The notes: a model not told the origin generated them from the letters alone. A stretch of 34,098 nucleotides of DNA from Octopus bimaculoides (GCF_001194135.2 NC_068989.1:38959365-38993462), one strand, 5' to 3'; shown: positions 11,527 to 24,247, numbered from the stretch's first letter. Numbers and translations are program-made.

Positions 11527-11880
11527 TGGGCAGAGGGGTAGTTTGCTTCCCAAACACAAGACCTACTGCGCATGGCACCTTTAGCTCGACCAAAGCTTGT
11601 GAGTGGAATTGGTAGATGGAAACTGAAAGAAGCCTGCTAAGTGTGTGCGTGTGTCACCTTGTCTTGACACAACATGATATTTGTAAATGAGTGTCACTGT
11701 CATACAAGCAGTGCCAGTCATTTCTAATAGCCCAAGCCATGGGGAAATATATTATCTTGCTTGGGAACAGGTGAGAATAGGTGACAGGAAGGGCATCTGG
11801 TCATAGTAAATCTTTCTCAATAAACTCCATCTGACGCATACAAGCATGGAAAAGGGTGTGTTAAAATGATGATGATGATA
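11527..11880 (+). mobile_element. Composite family C SINE, plus strand
   Basis: gcttgtgagtggaattggtagatggaaactgaaagaagcc...ggaagggcatctgg...gcatggaaaagggtgtgttaaaatgatgatgatg. Confidence 0.75.
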
Positions 11881-12838
11881 AATATATATGTACACAAACA
11901 CTCACGCACACACACATACATATATATGCAGATAGACACTACAAAATATATCAAAGTATAAACTATCCAGCAAGAGTATATACATCTATCTTCAGAATTA
12001 TTTCTTGGTGCTATTTATTTACTAATGAGTGAATGGTGGTAAGGGTGGAGCAGATAAGAAGTGTGTATGGGCAGATGAAAGAAACAGAATCATAATCATT
12101 TTACTTTTAAGAAATATAAAAATGAAAAACATACATTAACAAACAGTATTATAAAAATAGATTAAAATGACTGACAAAGAAAATAAATGAAAAAAATAAA
12201 ATAATAATAAAATAAAGATGAAAATTACAGAATCTTGAATATCCTAAGATGGCTTTTTTCATGTTACATTACAGTCTATAATTAATTTGGATTTACAAAG
12301 TTACCTGATATAAATGTGCTTCAACAGGCAATATTAGTTGCTGTCTGTCTATTTGTCTACCTGTTTCTCTGTTCATCTAGCTTTATGTATATGTGTGTAA
12401 ACACACACACACATTACATGAACAAATACTTACTATATATATATATACACATATTACACAAGCATATACAAACTATGTATACATATATACATACATACGC
12501 ATTATATGTGTCTATGTATGGCTGTATGCAGGTATATACAAGGGAGTTTATCAGATAGTATTGATGGACACATAAAATCAAGAAAATTGTACTTCTCATT
12601 TTATGTCTACTAAAGTCATTTCTATATACAATTATATAACTTTTATGAAATGTGGACCTGTATACATCATTAGATATTTCCTTATTGCATGAATTTATCA
12701 ATGCATTGCTCTCTCTATGTACTAATTTTATCAATTTATCACTTTATTTATATATCTACATATATGTGTACATAAATACATACATACATATATGTGTGTG
12801 TTCGTTTGTATGTATATATGATTGTATATGCATGTATG

Positions 12839-12894
12839 TGGTGCTCTGGCATGGCTGCAGTCAAATGACTGAAACAAATAAAAGAGTTAAAGAG
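12839..12894 (+). mobile_element. Short SINE 3' tail
   Basis: gtgctctggcatggctgcagtcaaatgactgaaacaaataaaagagttaaagag embedded in an (AT/GT)n tract. Confidence 0.55.
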
Positions 12895-12912
12895 TATATG
12901 TATGTAAGCATG

Positions 12913-12945
<33 letters not shown>

Positions 12946-12994
12946 GTGCATATACATGTATATGTATATAATATATGTGCATATGTATATATGT

Positions 12995-13056
<62 letters not shown>

Positions 13057-13296
13057 NNNNNNNNNNNNNNNNNNNNNNNNNNNNNNNNNNNNNNNNNNNN
13101 NNNNNNNNNNNNNNNNNNNNNNNNNNNNNNNNNNNNNNNNNNNNNNNNNNNNNNNNNNNNNNNNNNNNNNNNNNNNNNNNNNNNNNNNNNNNNNNNNNNN
13201 NNNNNNNNNNNNNNNNNNNNNNNNNNNNNNNNNNNNNNNNNNNNNNNNNNNNNNNNNNNNNNNNNNNNNNNNNNNNNNNNNNNNNNNNNNNNNNNN

Positions 13297-13352
<56 letters not shown>

Positions 13353-13565
13353 CGTGTATGTACATCATGTAATCTATATAATGTATATATATACAGAAAC
13401 ACACGGAAAAACATACATACATACATACATGCATATATATATATATATTCACACACGCAAACATTCATAAATCAGTCAACAGACTGAGGTGATAAATATA
13501 GATGCATATAATACATTATATAGGCATTTAAAAATTATATAGGCATGTACATGTGTATTGATATT

Positions 13566-13607
<42 letters not shown>

Positions 13608-13617
13608 NNNNNNNNNN

Positions 13618-13655
<38 letters not shown>

Positions 13656-14646
13656 CACACATACACATATATATGCACATACACACATTCTTACAAGGAG
13701 ATGAATTGATAAACATAGATATGTGTGTGTGTTCTTTTATATAAATATCTGCATATTTTTATGTCTGTATGTGTTGAAAATGTATAATATAGAACACAAT
13801 ATATTCATTTACTTCAAATATCTATCAAGTCATCTCTCTCTTTCACTTTGTGTGTGTGTGTGTAAGTGCATGTGTGTGTATGTATATATACATATATACA
13901 AAAATTTGTGATTATGCATATGCATATACACACATGCACACGCACAGATACACACACACACATATATATATGCAGAGAAAGTGGAGTGTGAGAACAGGAG
14001 AACAGTTGATATACACANNNNNNNNNNNNNNNNNNNNNNNNNNNNNNNNNNNNNNNNNNNNNNNNNNNNNNNNNNNNNNNNNNNNNNNNNNNNNNNNNNN
14101 NNNNNNNNNNNNNNNNNNNNNNNNNNNNNNNNNNNNNNNNNNNNNNNNNNNNNNNNNNNNNNNNNNNNNNNNNNNNNNNNNNNNNNNNNNNNNNNNNNNN
14201 NNNNNNNNNNNNNNNNNNNNNNNNNNNNNNNNNNNNNNNNNNNNNNNNNNNNNNNNNNNNNNNNNNNNNNNNNNNNNNNNNNNNNNNNNNNNNNNNNNNN
14301 NNNNNNNNNNNNNNNNNNNNNNNNNNNNNNNNNNNNNNNNNNNNNNNNNNNNNNNNNNNNNNNNNNNNNNNNNNNNNNNNNNNNNNNNNNNNNNNNNNNN
14401 NNNNNNNNNNNNNNNNNNNNNNNNNNNNNNNNNNNNNNNNNNNNNNNNNNNNNNNNNNNNNNNNNNNNNNNNNNNNNNNNNNNNNNNNNNNNNNNNNNNN
14501 NNNNNNNNNNNNNNNNNNNNNNNNNNNNNNNNNNNNNNNNNNNNNNNNNNNNNNNNNNNNNNNNNNNNNNNNNNNNNNNNNNNNNNNNNNNNNNNNNNNN
14601 NNNNNNNNNNNNNNNNNNNNNNNNNNNNNNNNNNNNNNNNNNNNNN

Positions 14647-14681
<35 letters not shown>

Positions 14682-15740
14682 CATATATACACACGTGTGT
14701 GCGTGTATATATATATCCTCATATTTATATGCAACTGTACATGTATATATATGTATGAATATATCAGTATATATATATATGTACATACACATATATCTTG
14801 AAGTATATATTGATGCATACATATGTGCATATATACATATATACAAAAATTTGTGATTATGCATATGCATATACACACATGCACACGCACAGATACACAC
14901 ACACACATATATATATGCAGAGAAAGTGGAGTGTGAGAACAGGAGAACAGTTGATATACACAAACGCATAATGTATTTAGTTATTTATTCTCATTGACTA
15001 AGTACTACCAATTTCCACCATTTTGGTTTACCTGATTCTTTAATTTTTTTTCTATCTTTTCTCTCTTTATCTTTTGTCTACTCTGTTCTACCCCAGTTCT
15101 CCTACTTACCATCTCCCACACTACATTTCTTACTCTTTTATGTTCCTCTTCACAGTCATTCAGTGACAACACACTGAAGCATTTCTTAGCTTCTTTGCAA
15201 GCTCAAGGACTAAAGAACTGGAAACTGAAAATAAGAAAACAGGAATACATAGCAAAGCGAATATGCTTGTTTGTGTTTGTATTTATGACTGTGTGTGTGC
15301 ATATATACATACACACACACACATATATAAATATATANNNNNNNNNNATATACATATATATATATATATTCATATAGATATAAATGTGAGTGTGCTTGTA
15401 TCTCCCAGTGAAATTTAACTGTCAACTGTACAAATTTACATACACACATACATACATGCATACATACATTTATATATATATATATATGTGTGTATATATA
15501 TGTATATACATACATGTGTGTGTGTGCTTAGAAACATCTTTGCATGGGTAAGGACAGAGAATTGATGTTGCATCTGAAAGTAGTCGTCATAATTTTATTT
15601 TACCAATAGAAAAATTGTTGTAAATTCCCAAAAGAAAGTAAAAAGCATAATTATCAGTGAATATGTTTCTGAATATTTTGCTCCTATTTAAATGTGTGAC
15701 TTTGTTTCACGATATATGTTACATGCATAAATATATACAT

Positions 15741-15784
<44 letters not shown>

Positions 15785-16874
15785 ATGTAAATATATGTGT
15801 GTATATATATATTATTAATTTAATATATATATATGCAATATTTATATACAATTGTACATGTGTATATATATACATCCATATATATATATANNNNNNNNNN
15901 NNNNNNNNNNNNNNNNNNNNNNNNNNNNNNNNNNNNNNNNNNNNNNNNNNNNNNNNNNNNNNNNNNNNNNNNNNNNNNNNNNNNNNNNNNNNNNNNNNNN
16001 NNNNNNNNNNNNNNNNNNNNNNNNNNNNNNNNNNNNNNNNNNNNNNNNNNNNNNNNNNNNNNNNNNNNNNNNNNNNNNNNNNNNNNNNNNNNNNNNNNNN
16101 NNNNNNNNNNNNNNNNNNNNNNNNNNNNNNNNNNNNNNNNNNNNNNNNNNNNNNNNNNNNNNNNNNNNNNNNNNNNNNNNNNNNNNNNNNNNNNNNNNNN
16201 NNNNNNNNNNNNNNNNNNNNNNNNNNNNNNNNNNNNNNNNNNNNNNNNNNNNNNNNNNNNNNNNNNNNNNNNNNNNNNNNNNNNNNNNNNNNNNNNNNNN
16301 NNNNNNNNNNNNNNNNNNNNNNNNNNNNNNNNNNNNNNNNNNNNNNNNNNNNNNNNNNNNNNNNNNNNNNNNNNNNNNNNNNNNNNNNNNNNNNNNNNNN
16401 NNNNNNNNNNNNNNNNNNNNNNNNNNNNNNNNNNNNNNNNNNNNNNNNNNNNNNNNNNNNNNNNNNNNNNNNNNNNNNNNNNNNNNNNNNNNNNNNNNNN
16501 NNNNNNNNNNNNNNNNNNNNNNNNNNNNNNNNNNNNNNNNNNNNNNNNNNNNNNNNNNNNNNNNNNNNNNNNNNNNNNNNNNNNNNNNNNNNNNNNNNNN
16601 NNNNNNNNNNNNNNNNNNNNNNNNNNNNNNNNNNNNNNNNNNNNNNNNNNNNNNNNNNNNNNNNNNNNNNNNNNNNNNNNNNNNNNNNNNNNNNNNNNNN
16701 NNNNNNNNNNNNNNNNNNNNNNNNNNNNNNNNNNNNNNNNNNNNNNNNNNNNNNNNNNNNNNNNNNNNNNNNNNNNNNNNNNNNNNNNNNNNNNNNNNTA
16801 TATATATATATATATATATAGATAGATAGATAGATAGATAGATTATATCCTTATATATCCTTATGCATATACAT

Positions 16875-16905
<31 letters not shown>

Positions 16906-16920
16906 TACAGAAATTTATGA

Positions 16921-17089
16921 TGCAGGACTAGCTGTATGGGTAAAGTTTTTCCTTTACCTGTATGTGGTTTCCAGTTCAATTCTGCTGTGTGTGACTTTGG
17001 ATGAGTACATCTTGTATTCTATCTAGCTTTGGACCAACCAATACCTCATAAAAGAAATTTGTGGTTGGAAAATACATGGACACTTGCCA
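16921..17089 (+). mobile_element. Diverged family C SINE head
   Basis: gctgtatgggtaaag...cagttcaattctgctgtgtgtgactttggatgag...gctttggaccaaccaatacc. Confidence 0.55.
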
Positions 17090-17149
17090 TATATAAATAT
17101 ATATAATGTGTGTGTATACATACATACACACACACGCACATATATATAC

Positions 17150-17200
<51 letters not shown>

Positions 17201-17450
17201 CAAGCTGGTGCAAAAGTAGGTATACAGTTTTGTGTAAAAAGAAAGCACGTACAATACTCACTTATTTTTATCAAAAAAGATTAAAAGTTACAATAAAAAT
17301 ATCATAGTTATGATAAATGTATTATTATGATTAATAACACTGAAAATATCAAAAATGAGGCTTACTAATTTACTGTGCTAATGATTTTAATAAATCAAGT
17401 ATTATAACATTGATGTGATTCTTACTGTATTCCTAATTTTGCACCCCCTG
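17201..17450. mobile_element. 250 bp Tc1/mariner-type MITE, TA-flanked
   Basis: TA|caagctggtgcaaaagtaggtatacagt ... actgtattcctaattttgcaccccctg|TA, giving ~27 bp imperfect TIRs. Confidence 0.8.
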
Positions 17451-17716
17451 TATATACATACATACATATATACATACATATGTGTATGTATGTATGTATG
17501 TATGTATGTATGTATGTATGAATGATGACTCTACTGACCTATGACACTATGTACTTGTTCTTGAGATGTTCAACATATTTAATTCTTACCTGTTGAAAAC
17601 AGTTTCTTTTTTGTATGATGTAACACTACTGTTCATCAATAAAAACACATCTGAAACAGCTGTAGCTGAAGCAATTCATCTATTGTTTTATATATATATA
17701 TATATATATACATATA

Positions 17717-18431
17717 TATATTTAAATACATAAGAGGAATCCACTCATGGGATTCCTTATGCTAGAAAGAACAGCTAGGTTCTAGAACCACAAAATTAGG
17801 GATAAAATCCTGAAAGGAACGAAATGAAAAATAAAAACTTTTACCATCTCTTTTCCTGGACCAATTGGTTTCTGACTTTAGTTTACCAAATAAACTAATT
17901 TCCTAGGTGAAGTCGTTTTCAACAGGTACACCTAAGACTAAAATATATAAACACAAGGCAATCAATTCCATGCCTCTCGTTTATACATCCTAATTTTTCA
18001 GATCTACTGCGCAGGCGCAGCTCCTCACTGGCAAAAAAAAATGCCAACTTTTAAAATTCGAAAATTATCCAAACAACTTATAATACTTAATCATATCAAA
18101 GGGAAATGGAAATTAATAAAAATTTTCACTTCCAGTGACCTAGCGTATAGAAAATTAGGATGTATAAACGGGAGGCATATAATTGATTGCCGCATGTTTA
18201 TATACTTTAATCTAAGGTGTACCTGTTGATAATGACTTCACCTAGCAAATTATCTTATTTGCTAAACTAAAGTCAGAAACTAATTGGTCCAGGAAAATAG
18301 ATGGTAATAGTTTTTATTTTTCATTTCGTTCCTTTCAGGATTTTATCCCTGATTTTGTGGTTCTAAAACCTAGCTGTTCTTTCTAGCATAAGGAATCCCA
18401 TGAATGGATTCCTCTTATGTATTTAAATATA
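17717..18431. mobile_element. 715 bp foldback element with ~282 bp inverted arms, unclassified
   Basis: 17717-17998 is the reverse complement of 18150-18431 with about 21 mismatches and a ~150 bp spacer. Confidence 0.93.
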
Positions 18432-18467
18432 CACTGTACATTATGGGTGATTCATAGTATTTGGACT

Positions 18468-18543
18468 AAACTTTTATACACTAGGCCATATGGGAGTGAA
18501 AATTTTTTATTAATTTCCATTTCCCTTTGATATGATTCAGTAT
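18468..18543 (-). repeat. Inverted copy of the foldback spacer lying outside the element
   Basis: gggagtgaaaattttttattaatttccatttccctttgatatgattcagtat (18492-18543) is the reverse complement of 18083-18133 with 2 substitutions and 1 indel. Weaker similarity extends to ~18468. Confidence 0.85.
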
Positions 18544-18609
18544 ATGTATATATATATAGGCTATATTAAATCTCTGAGAAAGATATAAACAGTAGTAGGA
18601 ATCGTAACA

Positions 18610-18740
18610 TAATTGCCACCCAAGTGTGGCGTCCTATACAAGACAGTGCTACTGACGTTTATAGCCCCAGGAAGAGATATCTTCCTGAGGCTATAAATCT
18701 CAGTAGCACTGTCCCGTATAGGATGCCATACTTGGTTGGC

Positions 18741-18745
<5 letters not shown>
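18610..18745. mobile_element. 136 bp near-perfect hairpin (66 bp arms, 4 nt loop), MITE-like, TA-flanked
   Basis: taattgccacccaagtgtggcgtcc...caggaaga-gata-tcttcctg...ggatgccatacttggttggcaatta, about 8 mismatches. Confidence 0.9.
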
Positions 18746-18808
<63 letters not shown>

Positions 18809-18810
<2 letters not shown>

Positions 18811-19150
18811 AGGATAAAGACCCCACTTCGGTCATGAATGACCATGGGATTGCACCTAGAAAGTTACCCTCCCAGGCAGAAATGTGGGTCAGGTATTTTA
18901 TGGAAGACCAACAGTTGCCCATGCATACCAGTCTCCCCTCTCTATACCGCTGATGTTAGCCAAGGGAAAGGCAAAGGTCGATTCAGCTTGACACTAGTGA
19001 TGTCGCAACTCATTTCTACAGCTGACTGAACTGGAGCAACATGAAATAAAGTGTCTTACTCAAGAACACAACACACAGCCTTGTCTGGAAATCGAACTCG
19101 CTACCTCATGATTGTGAGCCTGACACTCTAACCACTGAGTTATGCACCTT
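18809..19150 (-). mobile_element. tRNA-derived SINE, family E (CORE-like central domain), well preserved
   Basis: The minus strand begins aaggtgcataactcagtggttagag...gagttcgatttcc (A/B boxes), then gtgttcttgagtaagacactttatttc. A degenerate plus-strand head lies at 27340-27475. Confidence 0.8.
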
Positions 19151-19167
19151 TACATATATCATGAACA

Positions 19168-19392
19168 TTATTTTAATGTTCACTTTTCCACACTTGTATA
19201 GGTTAGACAGAATTCGTTAAGACAGAATTTTCTATTGCCAGAAGTCCATGCTAACACTAACCCTCACTTGTTTTCAGGCTAAGTAATATCACTCCATGAT
19301 TTCATGAAAGAATGGAAAGGAATTACACTGCATGTATGATGGTGATACCTGTTAACAGATGTCGCATGATGTGAAGACAAGAAGGCACAATA

Positions 19393-19431
<39 letters not shown>

Positions 19432-19625
19432 TATATATATTAGGGGGAGGGGATATTCCTTTCAGTCTCCCTGTTAAATTCACAAATCCTTGGCCAGCAA
19501 GGACAATTGTAGCAGAAGACAACCTCACATGGTATCATGCAGTGGAATGAAACTTTGGTAGTTGGACTGAAACAGAGACACCAAGTGACTGGAAAGTATA
19601 TTTCTTGAACACATAGCTATGCTTA
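19168..19625 (-). mobile_element. Composite family C SINE, minus strand, diverged
   Basis: Same tail, body, (AC)n and head order as 11031-11500 and 24005-24402. Confidence 0.6.
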
Positions 19626-19663
19626 CTTCTCTCTGTGTATATATATGTGTGTGTACATACAAA

Positions 19664-19701
<38 letters not shown>

Positions 19702-20173
19702 CCTATGTCTGTATAATCATTATAATTTAGAGTGTGTATATGTGTTAATATTTCATTAGACTGTTTTCCGAAATAACATTTTATTGACATATTGTACATT
19801 ACAAAAGCTTGATCTGACTTTCTGTGCACCTGAGCTATCACCCTTATTCATTTGCATTACTCCTCTGATGATTTTAATCTACTCTCATTTTTTGCCTTTC
19901 TTTCTTGTATATCCTCACTAACCATATTATCTTTGTGACTGATGACTGTTAATGTAACCAATATGAAAGAATTCATCCTTAGTACAATCAGTATGCAGTG
20001 CAAAAAAATTTTAGTAACCGTTTCTGTCTCTTGAATGCCATATAAGGACTATTTCTAACTCACCTATGAATTCAATTCCTTTTACTTACTGAAAATTAAC
20101 GAGATAGTAATAAAATTTGTATGTGTGACCATGTGTATGTATGAGTGAGTGAGTGTGTTTGTTTGTTTGTGTG

Positions 20174-20233
<60 letters not shown>

Positions 20234-20235
20234 TA

Positions 20236-20287
<52 letters not shown>

Positions 20288-20661
20288 TATAAATGTAGAT
20301 ATACACATATATACAAACACATACATATAAATATATGTGTATATAAATATATATATATTCATACACATACATATATATGTGTATGTGCATATGTATTATT
20401 GGTAGAGTTATATTCAGTTGAAAGAAGAGATGAAAGGAAAAAAGGAATAATGATAAAAAGAAATGAAAGAAATTCATTGAATGAAAAAACCATAACCATC
20501 TCCTTAAATGTTGAAGACTGAAATATGATGAAGTTAAAATAAAGTTGAAAAATATTGAAAAATAAAAAAGGAGAGAAGATATATCAGAAACAAGGATATA
20601 ATAAAATAGTAACATAACATAAATTTGTGTCATTTAACTATACATCCTTATCATGTCATGT

Positions 20662-20727
<66 letters not shown>

Positions 20728-20779
20728 NNNNNNNNNNNNNNNNNNNNNNNNNNNNNNNNNNNNNNNNNNNNNNNNNNNN

Positions 20780-20821
<42 letters not shown>

Positions 20822-21611
20822 TGAAAGAGAGAGAGAGAGACTACAAATGAGATGCCAAGTCTCTGCTTGGTCACTTAACCTACTGAAAGTAACAGCAAAG
20901 TATCCTTGGAGTAATACACCCTTCTGTTTTAAAAATTAGGAAGAACATTTTAGTCATGTAGTCTTAGATGGTCAAATAGATCAAATGGTCATGACTAGAA
21001 TTGGTTTCATCATAAGACTACTCAAATAAAGCTGTCTAGTTAAACAACAACACAATATAATATGTATTGTGTGAAGATATTTTTCTTCATCTGCTTTCAA
21101 TTGTAGATTACAAAAATGTTCAACCATCTGATTGTATTGCACTTCTCAGTTGTTCTGAGTATCTTTGATGCTTTGAAGCAATGACCAGGTTCTTTTAGTT
21201 GATATCACAGAATGCTATTTTATTTCTGTTACCATGCAACTACCTTACCAAAGAGCTACTGAGGATTAAAATTTCACTCGTAGTTTTGGTCTTTCACTGA
21301 AATACCTCTTCCAATATCCATGATAAGCAATTTTCTAGTTTTCTCTACAGTTACCAGTTGCTAATTTGCAATCCGTCTTTGGTAAGTCCATGCTAGACAG
21401 GACATCAATGATCTAGTTATAAAGCCACTATATCTCACCCTTACTGGACCTATTGTACACTGCTGTCCTTGTAATCACATGAGTCACTAAGTTACTCATA
21501 TTTTAGGACCTTACTTCCATGTTCCTACTCAATAGTACTTTCTTAAGGCACCATCAATCAAACAACTTTAGCATATATTTAAGTATGGTCGTGCATATGT
21601 CTATAAGTATA

Positions 21612-21750
21612 GCTTTGGCTGTGTGGATTAGGATTTCATTTTGCTGCCACAATGTTCTAGGCTCAATTCCAGTGCATGACACTGTAGCCTAAAGATGACC
21701 AATCATTTGTAGAGAAGAATTTGCTTGATAGAATTTGCATCAAAGCCTGT
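21612..21750 (+). mobile_element. Diverged family C SINE head
   Basis: ggctgtgtggattagg...ggctcaattccagtgcatgacac. Confidence 0.5.
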
Positions 21751-22009
21751 CACATGCATATGCCCCTCTTTACATCGATGTAATTATTTATCATAAATAA
21801 TTACATATTTTATTTTTATTTTACAACATATCTAAAAGACCAACAGTAAGACAACTTGCATATGGAAAACTGAAAAGAAAGCATTTTACACTCAGAACAT
21901 TGAAGTAAGAAGTGTTGTTAATGAAAAGCTTCAGTTGAAGAACAAAAATATATTTTGAAGTGTATTTGCATCTGTTAAATACAATTTAATTTTGTATCTT
22001 GTCTTGTGT

Positions 22010-22285
22010 ATTTTAAATATTGTCAGTTGCACAAGTGGCCCCTTTAACCAGTGTCTGAGCAATCACGGGTCTTCACTTAGGATACTATCCCTGGCCAACT
22101 ACATATGGCATTTAAAAGAGGTGAGGACACTATACATAATTAAATGCAGACTAATAGAACAACCAGAACCATACCACAGTGGGTGCAAACAATGTAATCT
22201 TTGCTTGGCTGAGAGAGCAAAAATCCTGAAAAACTCACTTGATCCAGGGGACCTTTAAAAATTCAAGAAAAGAAGTGTTTAGCCA
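22010..22285 (+). pseudogene. Probable Penelope-like element GIY-YIG endonuclease C-terminal remnant
   Basis: IVSCTSGPFNQCLSNHGSS...SLANYIWHLKE...YIIKCRLIE..EPYHSGCKQCNLCLAERAKIL...DPGDL*KFKKRS fits the PLE pattern G.T...FK.R..NH..S / LS.YIW.LK / Y..G...C.LCL.EK..I / LNKRSE as recalled. Confidence 0.65.
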
Positions 22286-22995
22286 ATGCTCTCATCAGAG
22301 GCATTTCCTGTAGCAAGCTTGGGATTCTCCATTTGCTGGATAGAATCTGCTGCCCGCTTTGAAAATCATTACGGATGTGGCTGGAACCAATATAAGAAAA
22401 TGTAAGATAACCCTGCTCACCTGAAAGTTGGCCAGTAGGATTCATTTTGAATAATTTTTGTTTACAAAGCTAACAAACCATGACGTTTTCCTCCCTCCAG
22501 TCATAGAGCAGTTATATGCCTCTGGCCATTGGAGTCTGACAAGTTACCTATACAACTAAGTGCTTTATAGGTGTGAAACCAATATATGCATGTATTTATC
22601 ATCTATTGGCAAAAAATTGTATTAACATCAATAACCTACATTGGTTTCAAATTTTGGTACCAGGCCATGGAGAAAAAATTTTCTCTTTTGGTAAAGAGGT
22701 GTAAAAACACCATATCTATCTAATGCTGCTCTCTGTTGGATTTCTAGACGTGCTTCTAGTTCATTACCCATTATCAATGGGAAATACTGAATGGAGGCAA
22801 TTTTGGACAGATTTAATTAAAGCCGTAGCTTTAACTAAAACACAGTCAACAATATTGACTGAGTTATGCCATTAACTGCCAGGTCAGAAAAAATTGCAGC
22901 AGTATCAGTGCCAAGGAGTGTTTAGCCATAAGCAAACTTTAGGTTAGTTAAAATATGTTTGTGACAGATTTCAACTTCTAAAAGCAATTCATAGC

Positions 22996-23420
22996 TTGTT
23001 TATAATAATTGTTTATTCCTTTGCCATCTTTTTCTCTTATATGATATATATCTCAAGATGTCATTTAATTCTCACTACAAGGTCACTCATTTTGTCCTTT
23101 TACTGTATCACCTTCCAATTTTTCTTTCTATTTTATTTCTCTTTAGTTGTATTTTTTTCTTTTTCTCTTACTCTTTTTCTCATTTCACACTTTTTTGTTA
23201 TCCTTGGTCTTGCTCTCTTTCTATCTCTCTCTCAGTCTGTTTTTTTTTTGGTCATAATACTACATTTATTATTTATCTTTTCTCCTTTTATTCCTCTCTT
23301 CTTTATCTCTCCCTGTCTTTTTCTTATTCTTTATTCTGCATTCTCTTTCCTCTTTTTTTTTCTGTTATTACAACTTCTTGGGATTTTTCTCTCTTTCTTT
23401 ATCTTCTTCTTGCTATAAGA
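22996..23420 (+). repeat. Long pyrimidine-rich (T/C) low-complexity tract
   Basis: tttttctctt-type runs. Similar tracts at ~15030-15150, 26260-26520 and 27888-28100. Purine-rich counterparts at ~10190-10460 and 20410-20620. Confidence 0.8.
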
Positions 23421-24004
23421 TGATGATTAAAACCATTGGTAACTGGTTGTTTTGTTCACCAATTATCTATTCTAAACAAGAAACTGTTATAATATGAGTC
23501 CTCACAGAATTATACAGTTTGTCCAGTAAACCAGTAATTAAATTGAGAAGATTATTTCTATGTCCCACCGGACTTGATATGAAATCCTTCATTGCTTCAA
23601 TTCCTAATGGATATATTTTCCTTTCTTGTTTCTGTCTCTTATTCAAATATTCCAAAAAGATAATTTGATGTTTTGTCTTTTCTCTCTTGCTACTTGTCTT
23701 TTCATGTATAGAAAAATATTTTAATGTGCAGTTAATATTTTCTAAGGAAACCTGAGAAGACCATATCTGATAATGAATATCTTCTGTTTGTATTAGCACC
23801 ATGTTTAATGTTGCTTTTTCTCTCAATGCTGATACTATTGAGGAAACCTCTGTGTGACTGCTAGAGAATGCAAGCCAAATCTCTTTGTTTTGCCACCATT
23901 TGGTTTCGGGCCTTATTCTACAGTGTTGTATGTAGGGCAGGTGTTTTTTACTATAGCCTCAGGCCAACTAAAACCTTATCAGTGGGTCGGATGGCGTTTA
24001 TAGA

Positions 24005-24205
24005 GGTGGATTTCCTATAGCTGGATGCCCTTCCTGTAGCCAGCCTTCACTTGTTTTCAGGGAAGTTAATACTTCCCCATGGTTAAACATGTTCTCACAG
24101 AATATTCGAAGTTAATGACACTGCTTATATGACAATGACACTTATTTACAACTATCGTGTTATATCAACACAAGGCAACACAAGCATAAAACACACACAC
24201 ACACA

Positions 24206-24247
<42 letters not shown>

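Noticed and set aside
13884-14962. Exact 134 bp direct repeat (13884-14017 and 14829-14962) around the 14018-14646 gap
   Set aside because: 100% identity with one copy ending at the gap most likely reflects scaffolding or haplotype redundancy. Long reads would be needed.
18980-19150. tRNA-like sequence on the minus strand
   Set aside because: Has A/B boxes but continues into a SINE body with no complete acceptor stem, so it is a SINE head rather than a tRNA gene.
22290-22560. GC-richer unique stretch with a minus-strand donor (cag|gtgagc at ~22421)
   Set aside because: All three frames from the nearest plausible acceptor contain stops. A non-coding exon cannot be excluded but is unsupported.
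23467-23826. 119 aa minus-strand ORF (…GIEAMKDFISSPVGHRNNLL…)
   Set aside because: No recognisable motif, partly low-complexity, and the candidate acceptor lacks a pyrimidine tract.
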